A DNA stretch of 64,000 nt from Ruditapes philippinarum (Eukaryota), in assembly GCF_026571515.1 (NCBI RefSeq), contig NW_026857137.1, forward strand, positions 186,001 through 250,000. Reading direction: 5' to 3'. Positions 13,828-28,238 of the stretch are shown here, one piece after another. Under the pieces are notes generated by a model that saw nothing but the letters and a program-made list of their open reading frames with translations, searched no databases and was not told the origin of the DNA. Made by a program: the position numbers and the translations under genes. The first letter of the stretch is position 1; each line of letters begins with the position of its first letter.

Positions 13828-16502
13828 CTCTGTCAGTGTTTCTTGTGAAATGTATTGCTCCATTCCATTCATCCAAGGCTATGTTAGACGTTCGTATGAG
13901 CTGAAAGAATTTTTACCATCAGTTGTCAATTCTTGATTTGAAATAAAACTGAGATAGTTGAAAATAAATTTTCAGTTCATTTTTTAATTCAGAGGACAAA
14001 GTCTTGCTTAACAATTTATGGATGTATTGTTTAACAGTTGATATTATTGCGATGAAGAAAATGGACATTATGCATATGTTTAATATTGCTTTATTCCGTG
14101 TGTTTCATGCTATTTGTCATATCAAATGTATGACAGAACTTTATATCTGTATACATTTTGTAATCTTTAATCATGACCACTATAAAATTAATACGAAAAA
14201 GAAATATTGATAATTTTATTACATATATGCTCTGATTCATAAACATGCCATAATTACTGTATAGAATGACTGTGAAAATATATTTTTCTTTGTTATCTCT
14301 TAAATAAAAGTCTTTATTCGTTTTCAATGAAAGTTGCTTCTTTTATATTTTCACATTGTAATTGAAATAAATTAAGTTATCAATTTCCGTTACTTTAACC
14401 AATCTTACCACAAATGCTCGCTAGTCACGATACAGCTCTTTACACAAATTGACAATTATCGTGTTATGTCGAGGAATATTTTGGCAGGCAACACATATTA
14501 AAGTAAGACTTGAAGTAGTTATGGAAGTTCCAAGCATATATTGATATGTAATTATTGTATAAACAGACGTTATTTAAAAAAAACAAAACGAAAAAACAAA
14601 AAAACAAACAAAAAAACATCATGTGATCGTAATTCATTCATTTAGAAGAGTTTAAAAATTATTAATATATATTCTATCCAGTTGTAAAAGTCAGACTTTC
14701 GTAATTAAATTTTAAGTATTTTAATGTCTGAATAACTCTAGGGTGTTATGATATATTTAGTGCATAAGATAAAAACATGTATATGATACTCAGGAGTTAT
14801 GTAATGTTATCTAATATCAATGGTAAAATAGAGATAAAATATTAATTTATATGGGGGTTGGAGACTTTCAGAATGATGCCCTCAGAACCGCAATTCTTCT
14901 GCAATAAAAATTGTTAGAAACAGTAAAGTTATTTATGTGTGTTCTGGTAGTATTAAGTTTAAGTCTGAAGAACTTGTCTCCGCTATCTAAACTCCTCCAT
15001 CAAAACACAAACAACCTGTCCTGAAACAATGAATAATAGTGATAATTGGAATCTTATTGCAATTCCTGGATACTCGTTCCTCTATCTCAACTCAATTAAT
15101 TACAGTTTCATCCACACCAGTACATTCATCAATGTCTGAAAACACCAATTGTTTCTATCGCTTTCGGCACGGAAAATTGATTGTTCAAGGAAAATGCCTT
15201 GATTTTTCACATTTCTTACGTTGCTTGGATTTATCTATCATTCAAAACGAAGATATAAAACAGAAGAGTCCAATGTTAATTGTTTTACTGAGTCTAAAAT
15301 ATTGCTTATTTTATAATTGCAACTAACAATAATTGTGTCTAATCATCCACATAATCTTATCCTTAGGCTAGCGCATCCTTTTATAATAAAATCATATGTA
15401 AGAATTCACCTTTTGAAACTGTTTTTCTTTAGAGAAGCCTGCTTGGATTGTTAATTAAATAACAGAAGGACCGACTGCAGACAGAACACACGAGAGTCGC
15501 AAAAATCGCATCATTAAACGGGGACCATTGTGAAGCTTTACAGCTTTAGGTTTAATTGTTTGAGGCAACTCTTATGTAATTTCTAGTAATATAGTCAAAA
15601 AAGCTTAAATCATGCATTTTAATAAAACTGAATAATAATTATACAGATATTCTTAGCAAGGCAAACTTATAAAAAACAATGTTCTAACTATCAATTGACA
15701 CGGAAACGGTTTATTAACAATTTAAAATATATATTGTAAGAAACAAAATGATCTACATTTGAATGAACTTTATTTGAACGAACTATATTTGTATGAAACA
15801 AAATGTTTCCGAAACTGTATTAGGGCATTTTTTATATAAAAATGATTACAATGTATGTACCATTTTAAACCTTCCAACGCTAAATACCTTAAATGGACTT
15901 GTCAACCTTTCGATTCGGACAAATCCGTCAACATTTAAAAAAGGTACTGACTGAATAACGAACAGTGCAGACTATGATCACACGACACGAACATACCGAC
16001 AGATTTTGGTCTGCACTTGCTATAAGAGGAAGCTTACACTCATCATGGAAATATAGCTCAAGCGCCAGGCGTTTTTATCCTCTACTTGATCAAAAGTTTG
16101 GCCATTTATCATGTCTCATTTTTTACAGTGTCTATATTATATCACAAAACTTACCAAGATAATGCAGTTTAAAATATGCAAATATGTAGAAGGTTTTAAT
16201 AGAGACCACAACATAATCTCAAAAATACAGTAATACTTGAATGCGTAAGCGTATCCGTTTCAAAAGCAAATAATTATCTTAGTCTATACAGTCACCAATC
16301 CGTATGTCTTAAATAATTCATGATAAACGTCACAGATACGAATATATGAATAATATGTTATACATGTTAGATTAGCTTGCAATAACAAAATTGTATAAAA
16401 AAGACAGTTGATCAATGATAAAATGTTACAGAGTTCAGTGTTTCGTCATCAGTGCTTCTGTAAGACTAAACACTGGTGCCTTCTGACATCCTACCTCGAT
16501 TC

Positions 16503-17652
16503 ACTAGAGTCTGATCACTGTGGATTAGAGTCTAGTAACTTTGGATAAGAGTGACTGTTGCCGAGAGTCTGAGGATTACTCTGGTCACTGAGCACTATAG
16601 TCTGATCACTGTGGTTTACAGTCTTATCACTATTGACTGGAATCTGCTAACTGTTGACTACTGGCATGCGAGCAGTTCCCGTACAAAAATCGTAGTGACT
16701 TAAACATTATTTTTTATTACGCTCACTCACCACAATTTGAATGTTACACATCAATATTCAGCTCGTCACACAAATAATGGAAATTCCATGATGTTCTAAA
16801 CATAGAACAACCCTTAATTATGAGGCCTCATATGGGGTACCGAAATTATCAATTTTTTGTTTGAAGAGAAGTAGTTCCCGTACATAAAATTTAACCCATT
16901 ATAATTATACAAGTTTGTTATATCGGACCTATTTTTCATTTATTATTATTGAACAGAGCATTTTCTAAGAGATAACTAGATGTAATTCAGGAAATAGAGC
17001 GTAGACTAAACGCTGGTATCTATTACCCGGTACCGTTACCCCAACGCATTCACATGCAATAGCATGCTTGTATGCATGATATTTTACGCATCAAAGCCAT
17101 AAAATTATTTAATATTGTAATATTGGCCAAAATTCTGATAATTAAAGAAGTTTTCATCACATTGCCTACTTATCTGTAAACAGGTGGTATCATCGGAAAA
17201 CCCTTTAACAGGCCTCACGTGTCAGTATTTTTGCGCATGCGCGCAAGGACAGAATCCCCCAGAGAAAACAAGGTCACGTTTTGACAACGCACAGGTGAAA
17301 GTGATTTAAAATGAGACTTTTTATACGTACTGCCGAACTGACACTCAAATTTTGTCTCGTTTATGCATCTGGTTGATTTGAAATGATTTTTTGAAGAATT
17401 CAAGTAAAAATCAAGCGTTTAAATGAAAAATACGGATACTGCTTCTGTACGGGAACTGCTCGCATACCAGTAGAGTCTTGTCATTGAGAACTATAGTTTG
17501 GTAACTTTGGGTAAAAGTCTTATCACTGTTGCCTAGAGTTTGACCACTGAGAATTTGAGTCTGATCACTTAGGACAAGAGTCTTGTAACTTTGAATAAGA
17601 GTCTGATCAATGTTGCCTAGAGTCTGGTCACTGTGGATTAGAGTTTCATCAC
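16503..17652. repeat. Degenerate ~21-bp minisatellite (AGAGTCTGATCACTGTGGATT-like), split by a transposon
   Basis: Units visible at 16503-16660 and 17471-17652. Confidence 0.8.
16661..17470. mobile_element. Non-autonomous DNA transposon, 810 bp, ~25-bp TIRs, TA target-site duplication
   Basis: TA|CTGGCATGCGAGCAGTTCCCGTACA ... TGTACGGGAACTGCTCGCATACCAG|TA; removing it restores a minisatellite unit. Confidence 0.85.
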
Positions 17653-17812
17653 TTCATACATGTACACTGACTGCCTAACCTAGCCTTTAACATTATTAAG
17701 AGATTTAACAGAAGTTAAATAATTATAGAAATAACAGTCAGTAAAGTTATGCTGTATTTAAATAAAAATCAAATGTTACATTACAACAACGTTAACAAAA
17801 CAAAAAAACGCC

Positions 17813-18020
17813 AAATATTGAAAATGTTGCAGGCTCCATTTGAATTAGCCTGTTATTGGACGGTAGTGTTAACTGCAAGCTACGATCCACGCTTCCTAGC
17901 ACCGGCTTAAGCTTTCAATATTTAAACACGAAAAAGGTGAAATCTCGAATTTAGAATCAGCCGCAGATGTGTCCATACGGCGTTTATTGTGGGACCGTTA
18001 ATGTGACACATTCGTGCCAT
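17813..18020 (+). repeat. Dispersed repeat family 3 (copies at 17813, 19406 and, more diverged, 54842)
   Basis: Shared GAAAATGTTGCAG...TTTGA...AGCACCGGCTTAAGC core. Confidence 0.7.
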
Positions 18021-19007
18021 CTCTTGATAAGCGGCGTATGGTCCCAAACTGAAAAGAAATGTGTGGCGGAACAGGATTAAATGGATTTTTGAAAGGGGAT
18101 CAGAGGTTTAGAAACCTGTCAGAGATAAAACGTCAAAAGACATATTTAAAAACAAGCACATATCCCAAGGGTAATTATACAGTATTTATCTGGAATTACT
18201 AGAACCACCGAACTAAAAAAAGAGATCAAATAGAATGAACTAAATGGACCACCAGAAACATGCACACACAACAATAACGTGTCACAAATGTATAAGGTTA
18301 TAGATTAAAAAAGGAAAATTGTACTTTATCCTGTTGAACGAGAATACAAAAACTTCTCTTAATTAAATTGCGTATCTGAATAAAAATTATTCCTAAATAG
18401 ATAATTTGCGCTACAATTTTCAGTCAATAAAAATGTATATTACTATGTTTCACAATGTTCTAGGTCGTTGTTACAGGAAAGATCGAATCTTATGCTAATG
18501 GAAGCAACGGATGCAATACCAACATCATTTTAAATTATTGTTTCATGGAAATCCGTATTGTCGAATAATTTACAACATCACCATGGTGCGATGTAATACC
18601 AAACAACATTAATGAGGTCCAAGGGAGACATATATCATAGAACAAAAGATTATGTTTCCGTTGATATGTTTTACTTTAACAAAATGGAAACTGCATTATG
18701 GTGTCATGCTCTAGCAGTTGCAAAATCAGAAAAAAATAAGTATGCAAACGGTTAAATCAAAAGTCTCGTGTATTGTCCTTTAAGACGTGTCTTAACTAGT
18801 ATGCAAGAGAGCAGGAAATTGTTTTCAGATGTCATTTAAGATAATCAATCGTTCCACAAAATGTAATTATCTTGGTTTAAAGATTTCCTATAGCTGCATT
18901 GTAAATCCATTGCGAATCCTTTGTATAATCTTATTTCAGTTTGTAATTAATAGACAAACACTGAGTTCATAATATGTTTGAAATGTGGTCGTTAATCATG
19001 CAGGTCT

Positions 19008-19745
19008 TAGGAAACACTTTGCCTGTCGCACTAGGAAAATACCGTGCTCACCGTACTTATGAAATACTTTGCTTGTCGCAATTAGGATATACTTTGCTCG
19101 CCAAACTGAGAAAATACTTTGCTCGCCGCACTTGAAAAGGAAATAATTTGCTCGACGCACCTAAAAACACTTTGCTCGACACAATTAGAAAAATATTTTG
19201 CTCGCCACACTTTGGAAACATATTGCTGGCCGCACTAGGGATAACTTCTGCTCAACGCATTTAGGAAACCCTTTGTCCGCGGCACTTAGGAAACACCTTG
19301 CTAGGCAACTTTGGTAAATACTTTGCTTGCCACATTTCACAAACACTGTGCTGGCCAAAGTTAAAATAGAGAAAATAAGAATCCCTAACAAAAAGCCCAA
19401 TACGTTAAAATTGAAAATGTTGCAGACTTAGTTTGATTAAGCCTGTTCATGGACGAAACTGTCAAGTGCAAACTACCGTCCACGCCCCAAGCACCGGCTT
19501 AAGCAGAATTCAACATTTATAAACATGAAATTGTAAAATTTTGTATTTTGAAACATCCGCAAATGTGTTCATACGGCGGTTATCATGGAACCTTCAATGT
19601 GACACAGTAGTGCCATTCCATGAAAAACACACTGTGCAAAACACTTTATCCGCTGCTCTTTCGAAACACTTTGCTTACCGCACTGGGGAAACACTTAGCT
19701 CACCGCTCTTAGGAACTATTTCCTCGTCGCACTTTGGTCGCACTC
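19008..19745. repeat. ~22-bp degenerate minisatellite (GGAAACACTTTGCTCGCCGCACT-like) interrupted by a family-3 copy at ~19406-19620
   Basis: Many units at 19008-19350 and 19622-19745. Confidence 0.8.
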
Positions 19746-20363
19746 AAGTACAAATTTAGATAGAACTTGATACATATTGCAGTTAAACATTCAGCAATAC
19801 CACGCTCTTGAAAATGAAATGAAACTTTCTTCAATAGTTACATTTCATTAAACAATATTCCATCAGTTATCTGCCCTTGAAACACAGCAACAAAATCCAT
19901 TCACATCTTAACTTTTATCAAGCTTCAATAGTTGAAACTAAATCGAATCGTTTAACGAATTTGCATAATTATATGTTTTTATGAATCAATCTAATATTGA
20001 GGAAACATTGACTCTTTAAAAGCAGACGAATACGCTATTCATCGATTTGATTATAAAAAGAAAATATAGCCGTATCTGTTTTTATCATTTTGAGTTCATT
20101 AGTACAGTTAAGAAACTGAATTTTAGAATGTTATTTTTGATTTCCTTAAAATACGAGTATATGTAAAAGAGGTGTGGGACACCCCCCCCCCCCCCCGCAA
20201 CACCCCATATCTACCTCCATAACAATTATACAGGCGCGCGAAAAGTCATCATTTAAGTTTGATAGGCGGATAATGTTTTTTTAATTTATTCAGTAAAATG
20301 CTAATGGATGGCTTTAAATGACATAGTACACGATGTATTTTTTATGTTTGGATTTTACTTTAA

Positions 20364-20705
20364 AGCTGCATGCCTCCAAATGAGCCAAACTATTTTAAGA
20401 AAATTAAACTTGGTAAAACTGTACTAAAAATTTAAGAAAAGTAAAAAGATTAAAGATTCAAATAATAATTTATATTTTATGTGCAATAAGTGTGTTTTTG
20501 TAGTATTTATCACCTTATTTCTACTGCATTACTAACGCCGTAGGGGCTATTTTTGCATAGTTTGACATCTTTTTGGTAATTTACGTGGATTATAAGTGCC
20601 GATTGTAATGTGTCAATTACTTTTTTGTTCATTTCACAAAAATTACTTTTAGATACATTTTGAAAATTTTCATGAAATTTAGGTTGAATCTGGAGGCGTG
20701 CTGCT
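20364..20705. mobile_element. Kolobok-type MITE (TTAA flanks, AG...CT ends)
   Basis: TTAA|AGCTGCATGCCTCCA ... TGGAGGCGTGCTGCT|TTAA. Confidence 0.75.
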
Positions 20706-23700
20706 TTAATCGTTTAGAAATTTTACTGATATAAAGAAATCATATTCTTCATCTAAAATTTCTTTAATAATGTGAAAATTTAGAGTAAAATTATTCAAGA
20801 CAGACACTGTGTTGCTTTATTAATAACGATTTAAACTATATTTTATAATTTTCATTATTCAAGTTATTACTATTATTCAGTAATAATCCTTTTAATAACT
20901 TTCAAATTCTAAAATTAAGGTATCCTACCCTCTGTGTAATTTTCATGCTATTATTTACATGTCATTGATATCTTTCAGTTTAGGACAACATTTGTCCGCC
21001 CTTTCAAAATTAATGGGAAAACGTCTTCCGCCGGGATGAATGAAGGGGTAGGCTTCTATTTTATCCGTGTCTTCTATGGCGTTTAGGGGCATTCCTTCAG
21101 CCCGTCTCCCAGCGGAATCATTACTCTATTTGGGTGATAATAATTATTTCCTACTAGTGTTCCTAGCATAAATACGATATGCTCGTAAGTAATACTCAGT
21201 GTAACGAAAGTTGATTGCCAACGATATGTCTAATACGATTTGTTCTCTAAATGCTAAAAGATTAGATATTTAGAAATCACCCGCTCATTATTTCGGTAAT
21301 CATTTCAGACGTGACATGTCAGTTTCATTTCTCGATGTGGAATATTGTGTATAAACGATTAAACTTCATTTTATGATATTACTGTATCGTAATCATGACA
21401 AGGTATTGCGCTGCAAAATTTGCATAATTTATTTCACGGTAAAGAATTATGATCAGACATTTGTAAAATAACAAGTTTATTATTACATGACGCAGTCTTA
21501 AAAATAAAGTAACAAAACTCCATATAAATATAATGAAGCATAGATAACCATTTCCAATTTCACAATTTGTTTCAAATGTATTGTTTCAAATGTATTGTTT
21601 AAGTTTGATTCAAAATTGACATTTAAAACAAGTCTGTTGAAAATAACAAAAGTCGTTAACATATCATTTTAAAATCACTTAGTTATAAGAAAAACATTTA
21701 AATAAATCTAATTTAAAAATGTTTTCAAATCTTATCTGACAAGTTCAAGATGAAATCGTCGTGCTAACTGTTGGACTATGTATTCTGTATTTCCATACAA
21801 CACGTTCTTAAGTATTTCAGTTTTTGAATTTTAATTTTTCATAACGTGATAATGATCAAGCTTTGAAAAAGAGAGGTAACTCTTACTATTTACAATAAGG
21901 GAGTAAACTCACGTCGCATTATTTTTATGACAATGATAGGATACATTGCTTTGAAATCACAGCAAAATGACAGAGTATCAGCAGAATTAAGAAATAAGAT
22001 AATAAATAATGTACAAATCGTATATTTTTATGCAAAATGTGTTTGTTGTTAACACAAAGCGATATACTTTGATACAAACTTAATATGTTCAATCGAGCTA
22101 TTTTACAAAACAGAATAAGACGTTAACAATATCTGTAAGACGGTATGAAATATATTTTGTTCAAGAAAATAAGGTAACTATATAAAGGGAGGCAATAAGA
22201 TACTAAATTAGAAACTAGATTATTCCTCTCACAACAAAATATTCAGCAACCATGAAATCTTTTACATTTATTCAAGTAATGAAGGAACAGATGTATAAGA
22301 TGTTACGGTTTTATTGAATTGAAGACCATTACAAAACCATAACGTCCGGCTGCGGCGACATCTTGCATCATAACTGTACATAATCCTCACTTCTACTACC
22401 ACATGACGTCACAAGCAAAGTGAAGATGTTCTGTTATTAAGTCTGTTATTTTAAAAAATCACATATTATATAGAATGATAAGTCTTTATTTGCATCTGGT
22501 TTTGTGGATATAGATTATCGACAGTGTTAACATTTGGTCGTGTCTGAAACTGATTGTTTTGCAGTTTAGTTAATAAAGACAGTCCTGTTATCAAAGCGGC
22601 ACAATTGCAGATTCTTACAAAATTTGAAAATACTTAAATATTTTGAAATCTGTGAGAACATTACAAAATTCGGAGTAATATGGCAGGCTGAAATTACTCT
22701 AAAATAGAAGAATAACTTACAGAGAAAACAATATTAGCGTCAGTCACGCAATTGAAAGATGACAAAAATATTTAATGAAATATTATCTTCAATCAAGAAA
22801 TGTATAATGGATTATTGATAACTACAACAAGTTATATATTATAATTAAAAATCTATGATCATACCTTTACATACAAAGATATCACATATTCTGGAATAGA
22901 TATGTTCTTTCCTTACATTAAAATTTGATCTTTTAAAAATATATGGTGATATTTTTATTTATAAAGACCTTTGACAGGTTATATGACCATCTGTAAACGG
23001 TCAATTGTTATATTGCAACATCCAATTATACATAGTTATATAACTTTAAAATCTTTATACCTAACACGTTATAAAAAGCATTTTACTTTTGAGGACAAAA
23101 ATGAAAATAACTTTAAAAAATCCTTACTTTAAGTATTATTATAATATCTTTATCTTACCATAATCTTCGCGTACAGGTTAACGTGAACGTTGTTATATAA
23201 AATGTTTCCTGTCGAGTTATAAATATAGATAACAGTACCATATGTTTTCTGTAGATAATAGGTCTAATTGCGTTGAAAGGTAAGCTGCTGCCAAAAGTCT
23301 TATCTTACCATTTGTTTCTCCCATTTCCTTACCCATCTGTTGTATTAACTCACTCCGCACTCAACATAAAACAAAACATTTCTTTACGCAATCTGTTGAA
23401 ATTCTACACATATCTTTTACATAAACAGGTAAACATATGTTTCACAGAACTCTTTCGATTTCACTAAGTATCTTAATGCTCGTAAAAAGAAAAGAAAAAT
23501 CGATAAATGTACGTTATTTGTTATATTATAGAATAATAACTCTAGTATTTAATCAATGAACGATACTTAGAAGTCAGAAAGAAAAGTAAGACATGTATGT
23601 TTGGTTTTAGATAAAGAATCTTTTAAATATACTTTACTTTGTGTTTTATATTTGAAATAAATTATAACTAAATCATTTGCACTAGCTATGGCAAACCATT

Positions 23701-24954
23701 TGCTTTCTATATGACTTCCATTATGTCAAACAATTCGCCTTCGTTATGTAAAAAGCATAAAAAATGCTCGTTTTTTCCCCAGATAAGGATAGTACTTATT
23801 TATTTGATACATGTGATGTGATTGTCTCTGGTGTAATGGGGGAAAATAAATTTATTTTTTGTGAGAAGAAACATATCACCACAGATAAACAAATTTAGAG
23901 AGTATAAGCTCAGATATTTACTAACATTCGTTTGTAATTGTTTTTCGAATGTCACATTTGTCTATAAATATAGGCGCGTGGTTTGTTAATGAAGTTCATC
24001 TGTGTTTTATCTTAAGAAGTAACTAGTTAAATTTTCAAGTCTCGAATAATGAGGAACTTTTACATGGCTTCTTAAATACTAATAGATATTTTTTTGTTTC
24101 CTACGGAACTCAGGCTAATCATGTTTGAAATGCTAACAAATGATAAGAAACCATATTAAGATTAGAAGTCAAAATACCTGATCAAGATAACAAATTATTC
24201 AAATTTAATTAACTTCTTGTTATCATTTACTTCGTTTCCTCTCAATTAACAAATTGAATTTACAAAACTAGAGTTACAGACGAAAATCCAAAAGGATCAC
24301 TAAAAGTCTTGTCATTGATTTCATTATAAATAACCAACGTATGTGTGAATATGTCTTAAACGGAAGTATTATTAGATGATATTTTATAATGTTCACTAAA
24401 TATTCATTTAAGAAAAATATATTGATTAGCGCTACTGAAAATAGATCACGACTTATAACTTATATTTGTATAGAAAGGAATCATAGCCAAACAACGTGAT
24501 TAAAACTTTTAGATGTGACGATCTCTTAAATATTTCGTGTCATTAAAACAGTAACGCATGAAAATGACAAAAAATAAAATCGTTTAATCTTACAACATGA
24601 TCATTATCTATACATTGCATGGTATGATAAAAAATATACGAACATCACCTACTACATATATTTTATGCCATATGAGCTAGCTTTTAATTCATATAAAAAA
24701 ATTATTATCTACAGAAGAATGTTTAGAGGGTAAGGCATTATATGTCTGGGTAGGCTATGTGGGTGAGGGGCGGGGAAGAGTAACGTCTTGTGGTAAAACA
24801 CATTTGCTTGATTATTAAAGACTCGTCTGAACATACATTCTTTTAAAAAAACATAACTTGGACTCTTTACTATCATTTAAAACATGCTATTTCTTGTTAA
24901 AAGCAAATCAGATGTTTTATTTCAACTATATAATACAAACAGAACAAACATAAT

Positions 24955-25191
24955 TAAGCCGTGTCACGACAAAACCAACATAGTGCGTTTGCGACCAGCA
25001 TGGATCCAGACCAGCCTGCGCATCCGCGCAGTCTGATCAGGATCCATGCTGTTCGCTATCAGTTTCTCTACTTGTCATATAGTTTTTAAGCGAACAGCAT
25101 GGATCCTGATCAGACTGCGCGGATGCGCAGGCTGGTCTGGGTCCATGCTGGTCGCAAACCCATTATGTTGGTTTTGTCGTGACACGGCTAA
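24955..25191. mobile_element. Fold-back MITE-like element, family 1, copy 2
   Basis: About 100-bp inverted arms around a short spacer, homologous to the copies at 8514 and 35428. Confidence 0.85.
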
Positions 25192-26197
25192 TATTATCAA
25201 GTATGCGAAAGATAATGGAAATATTTTAAACAGTAACTGTGTAACAAAATAATGAACTACATTTAATACATAGGAACTGCCCACACTAGACGGGAAGTAA
25301 TATTTATGTAAAATGATCCCACTATAAGGATGTAGCCGACCCATACAATCAGTTTGCAGACTGATAAATAAGAAACCGTTTATATACATGTGTCAGAAAA
25401 ATGACAGCAAGTTTATGATTAATAGTGATAGCGTGTCAATTGAATATAAGTAAAAGCTTTCCTTTATAAATTACAGATACATTTAAGATGCGATTCTCTC
25501 ATATTTGTTTTCAACAAAAATCTAAGAATTTTATTTCATCAGCTAAATTTCTGCATCCAAAAAAAGCAAATATTAAATGAAGATAAAAATCATTCTATAC
25601 TGTGCTATAAAAACAAATTACAATTATTATGATCCGCTTTATGTCTGAGGCAATTACTCTTATTTCAAATGAAATCGACAAAAATCGAATTTTGTAAGTA
25701 TTACTTAAATGTCAAATCATTTTAGATAAGATACTTTAAATGTCAATTTACATGATAATGAAATTTAAAGCGTAAAAGTTGCTATGATTTAAGGCTCAAT
25801 TTGTCCATGGAAATAAACAAGTTAAAGGAACGAACTCAAAGGTTATCTTACTTATTCGTCTGAAATTTACTAAAGTAAGTTTTTATGAAATGGCTAGGCA
25901 TACATAAAGCCATTTCAAAATCCGTTGATTAATGCTAAGGTAATACTAATTTGATAGAAAATATCAATAAGAAAATCAATATAAACTACTCATTATTGTT
26001 AACATTATATGATCATAAAGATAAGTTTCTTGGAGATTTCTATCAGTATCTATTTGTCATAGTGTATTTATATATTTATCTGTATAAACTTTACGGGATT
26101 AAATATCTATTTTCACATTGACTGCACATATAAAACATGAACTGTATATGAGCGCCCTTTAACTAACTCATGAAAAATCTTTTATTTCGTTTCTTTT

Positions 26198-26365
26198 CTA
26201 GCACAGGCCACCTTTTGCATTTTCGGCTGATAATGCCTCTCTATCGTCATAGATCGTAGGCGCTTGTAACAAAATTCCAAACGTCCCGATGAGCGATGCG
26301 GTGGTGAATACCCAGAAGAACATTCTATCCAGAACCATTGCAGCAAACTTCCAGTCTTCAATAAC
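26198..26365 (-). CDS. Locus B terminal exon 5b (M4 and C-terminus)
   Basis: ttttag|[55 protein letters not shown]-stop; not in the ORF track. Confidence 0.9.
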   Translation of the reverse strand, partial: VIEDWKFAAMVLDRMFFWVFTTASLIGTFGILLQAPTIYDDREALSAENAKGGLC

Positions 26366-28238
26366 CTAAAATACGTTATGATAAACTGTAATGTTCATAT
26401 ATTTCCAGTGAAACAGAAATGTTTTGTAATATTATCTTCAACTGATAGTCCATATCAATTGATTGTGCTTTTAATGAACATACCTTATTTAACCTTTATT
26501 AAAAATGTTTAGAAAAAGAACTTAACTGTGTAAGACATATACAGGAGTTTCATAGATTACGCAATGATTTAATAAGTTAACGATATAACCTATTTTAGTA
26601 TCCTTTATAACGTTATACCCTGAGAATTGTTTATGGTTAAGTCAGTTATTACAACTAAATATGAGTTATGTTAGCGCTGGAAGAATCGTTTTCAATGCTC
26701 CAAATTTTTAATTAAACCAATGCTTTTTGAGAAATATAAGTCCTGTATTCACGAATACCTAGGTTTGAATCCTCGACACAAACAAATATTAAGTATTTAA
26801 GCACTCTAACATCTAGGCTGGCAGGATTATTAATACACATTTGCTTATAAGTAATCATATGCAATACTCAAAGCCCGCAATTCAGATACAGAAAATGGTT
26901 CTGAATACTTATTTAAATGCCTCAGGTTAATATTGCCAGGCAGTTCACCAACATATTACATTATTTTACTATATTTATGGGACAGCAAAAACACTACTCA
27001 ATATTTCAACATATTTTTCCTGCGGATTCCCTTAGCGGTAAACTTTGAATTACGCTTCGCCTCCGAATTCTATTTAACATTAGCATGTAAGCACGCTTGA
27101 TTGTAAGCGTAAATATGAGTTTAAAGATAAATATTTTAGTAAGTTTTCTAATGTTTTGCACTAGAAACAGAAATAATAATATTATTTCTAGTTTAAGTAC
27201 AACCAAAATAATTTCCAGTGTCTAATCACTCTGATGGCTAAGCTGACCTACAAATAAATGCGTGAAATAATCTAATTTGTGTATCAACTCGGCGATAATT
27301 ATCTCCGTTTATTTATAATCCTCCGTATCGTAATTGGACTTAGCATAATTCTTAGTTTATAAACAACTTAATTCATCATGTTCTTAATATATCTTTGTTT
27401 ATATAACAAGTTTATTTTTACGTATCCAGTAAGTGTAGCCAAAACCTGATGTTACTATTGTTTCAGTACTATCGTGGAATCGACCTTGTTCCATTGAGGA
27501 AAGTGTTAGAATGTGTTACGAATATTTGACGAATCTGAATTTAGTAAGTGCCAAAAACAATATTTTATCATTTATGAAGCATCGTAATGATAAACAAAAT
27601 ACATTTGCTAATTGTTAACCAGCAACATAAATAGCTATTTTGGAATTCGAGAAAGTATTACTACATTATTAACATTAATTCCCCATTTTACCTTTCTTTT
27701 GATCAGACCATACTCTTTTAGAACAATACACTACTTCAATTGGCGCCTACAATCAATCAGATTTTTTTGCAAGTGTTTTATTTTTCTGACATTGATTCTT
27801 GATTATTCGAGACTCGGGCTATGGTAGGTGAAAAAATAGTACGAGGCAATATGTCATTTGGAATGTACGTCAAAAACACTCGCATATAACGAAAGACTGA
27901 TCATTAATGACACAGCACCATTTAAATTTGTCTGGCCTTAACTTTTTGTAGACATTACCTAAAAAAACTATTGATATTTAAGTATAAACAATAAAGATAG
28001 AGTGCAGTCTTTAGGAAAGACTGCCTCACGATATGCTGTATTTCTTCTACATGACACTTTTGAAATTTATGAGAACTGCACAATGCAAGAAAGCAAACTC
28101 TTAAACGAGGAGATATATTTATGTTTTAAAATACACAACACATTAAACATATAAATATGGAAACAATTATATCAAGAAAATTTTAAATGTTGAAACACAA
28201 ATGTTTTCTGAAGTAAATATGTTTAGATAATTATATAC

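Noticed and set aside
16503-19745. CRISPR-like arrays
   Set aside because: Degenerate head-to-tail minisatellites without unique spacers, in spliceosomal-intron eukaryotic DNA with no cas genes.
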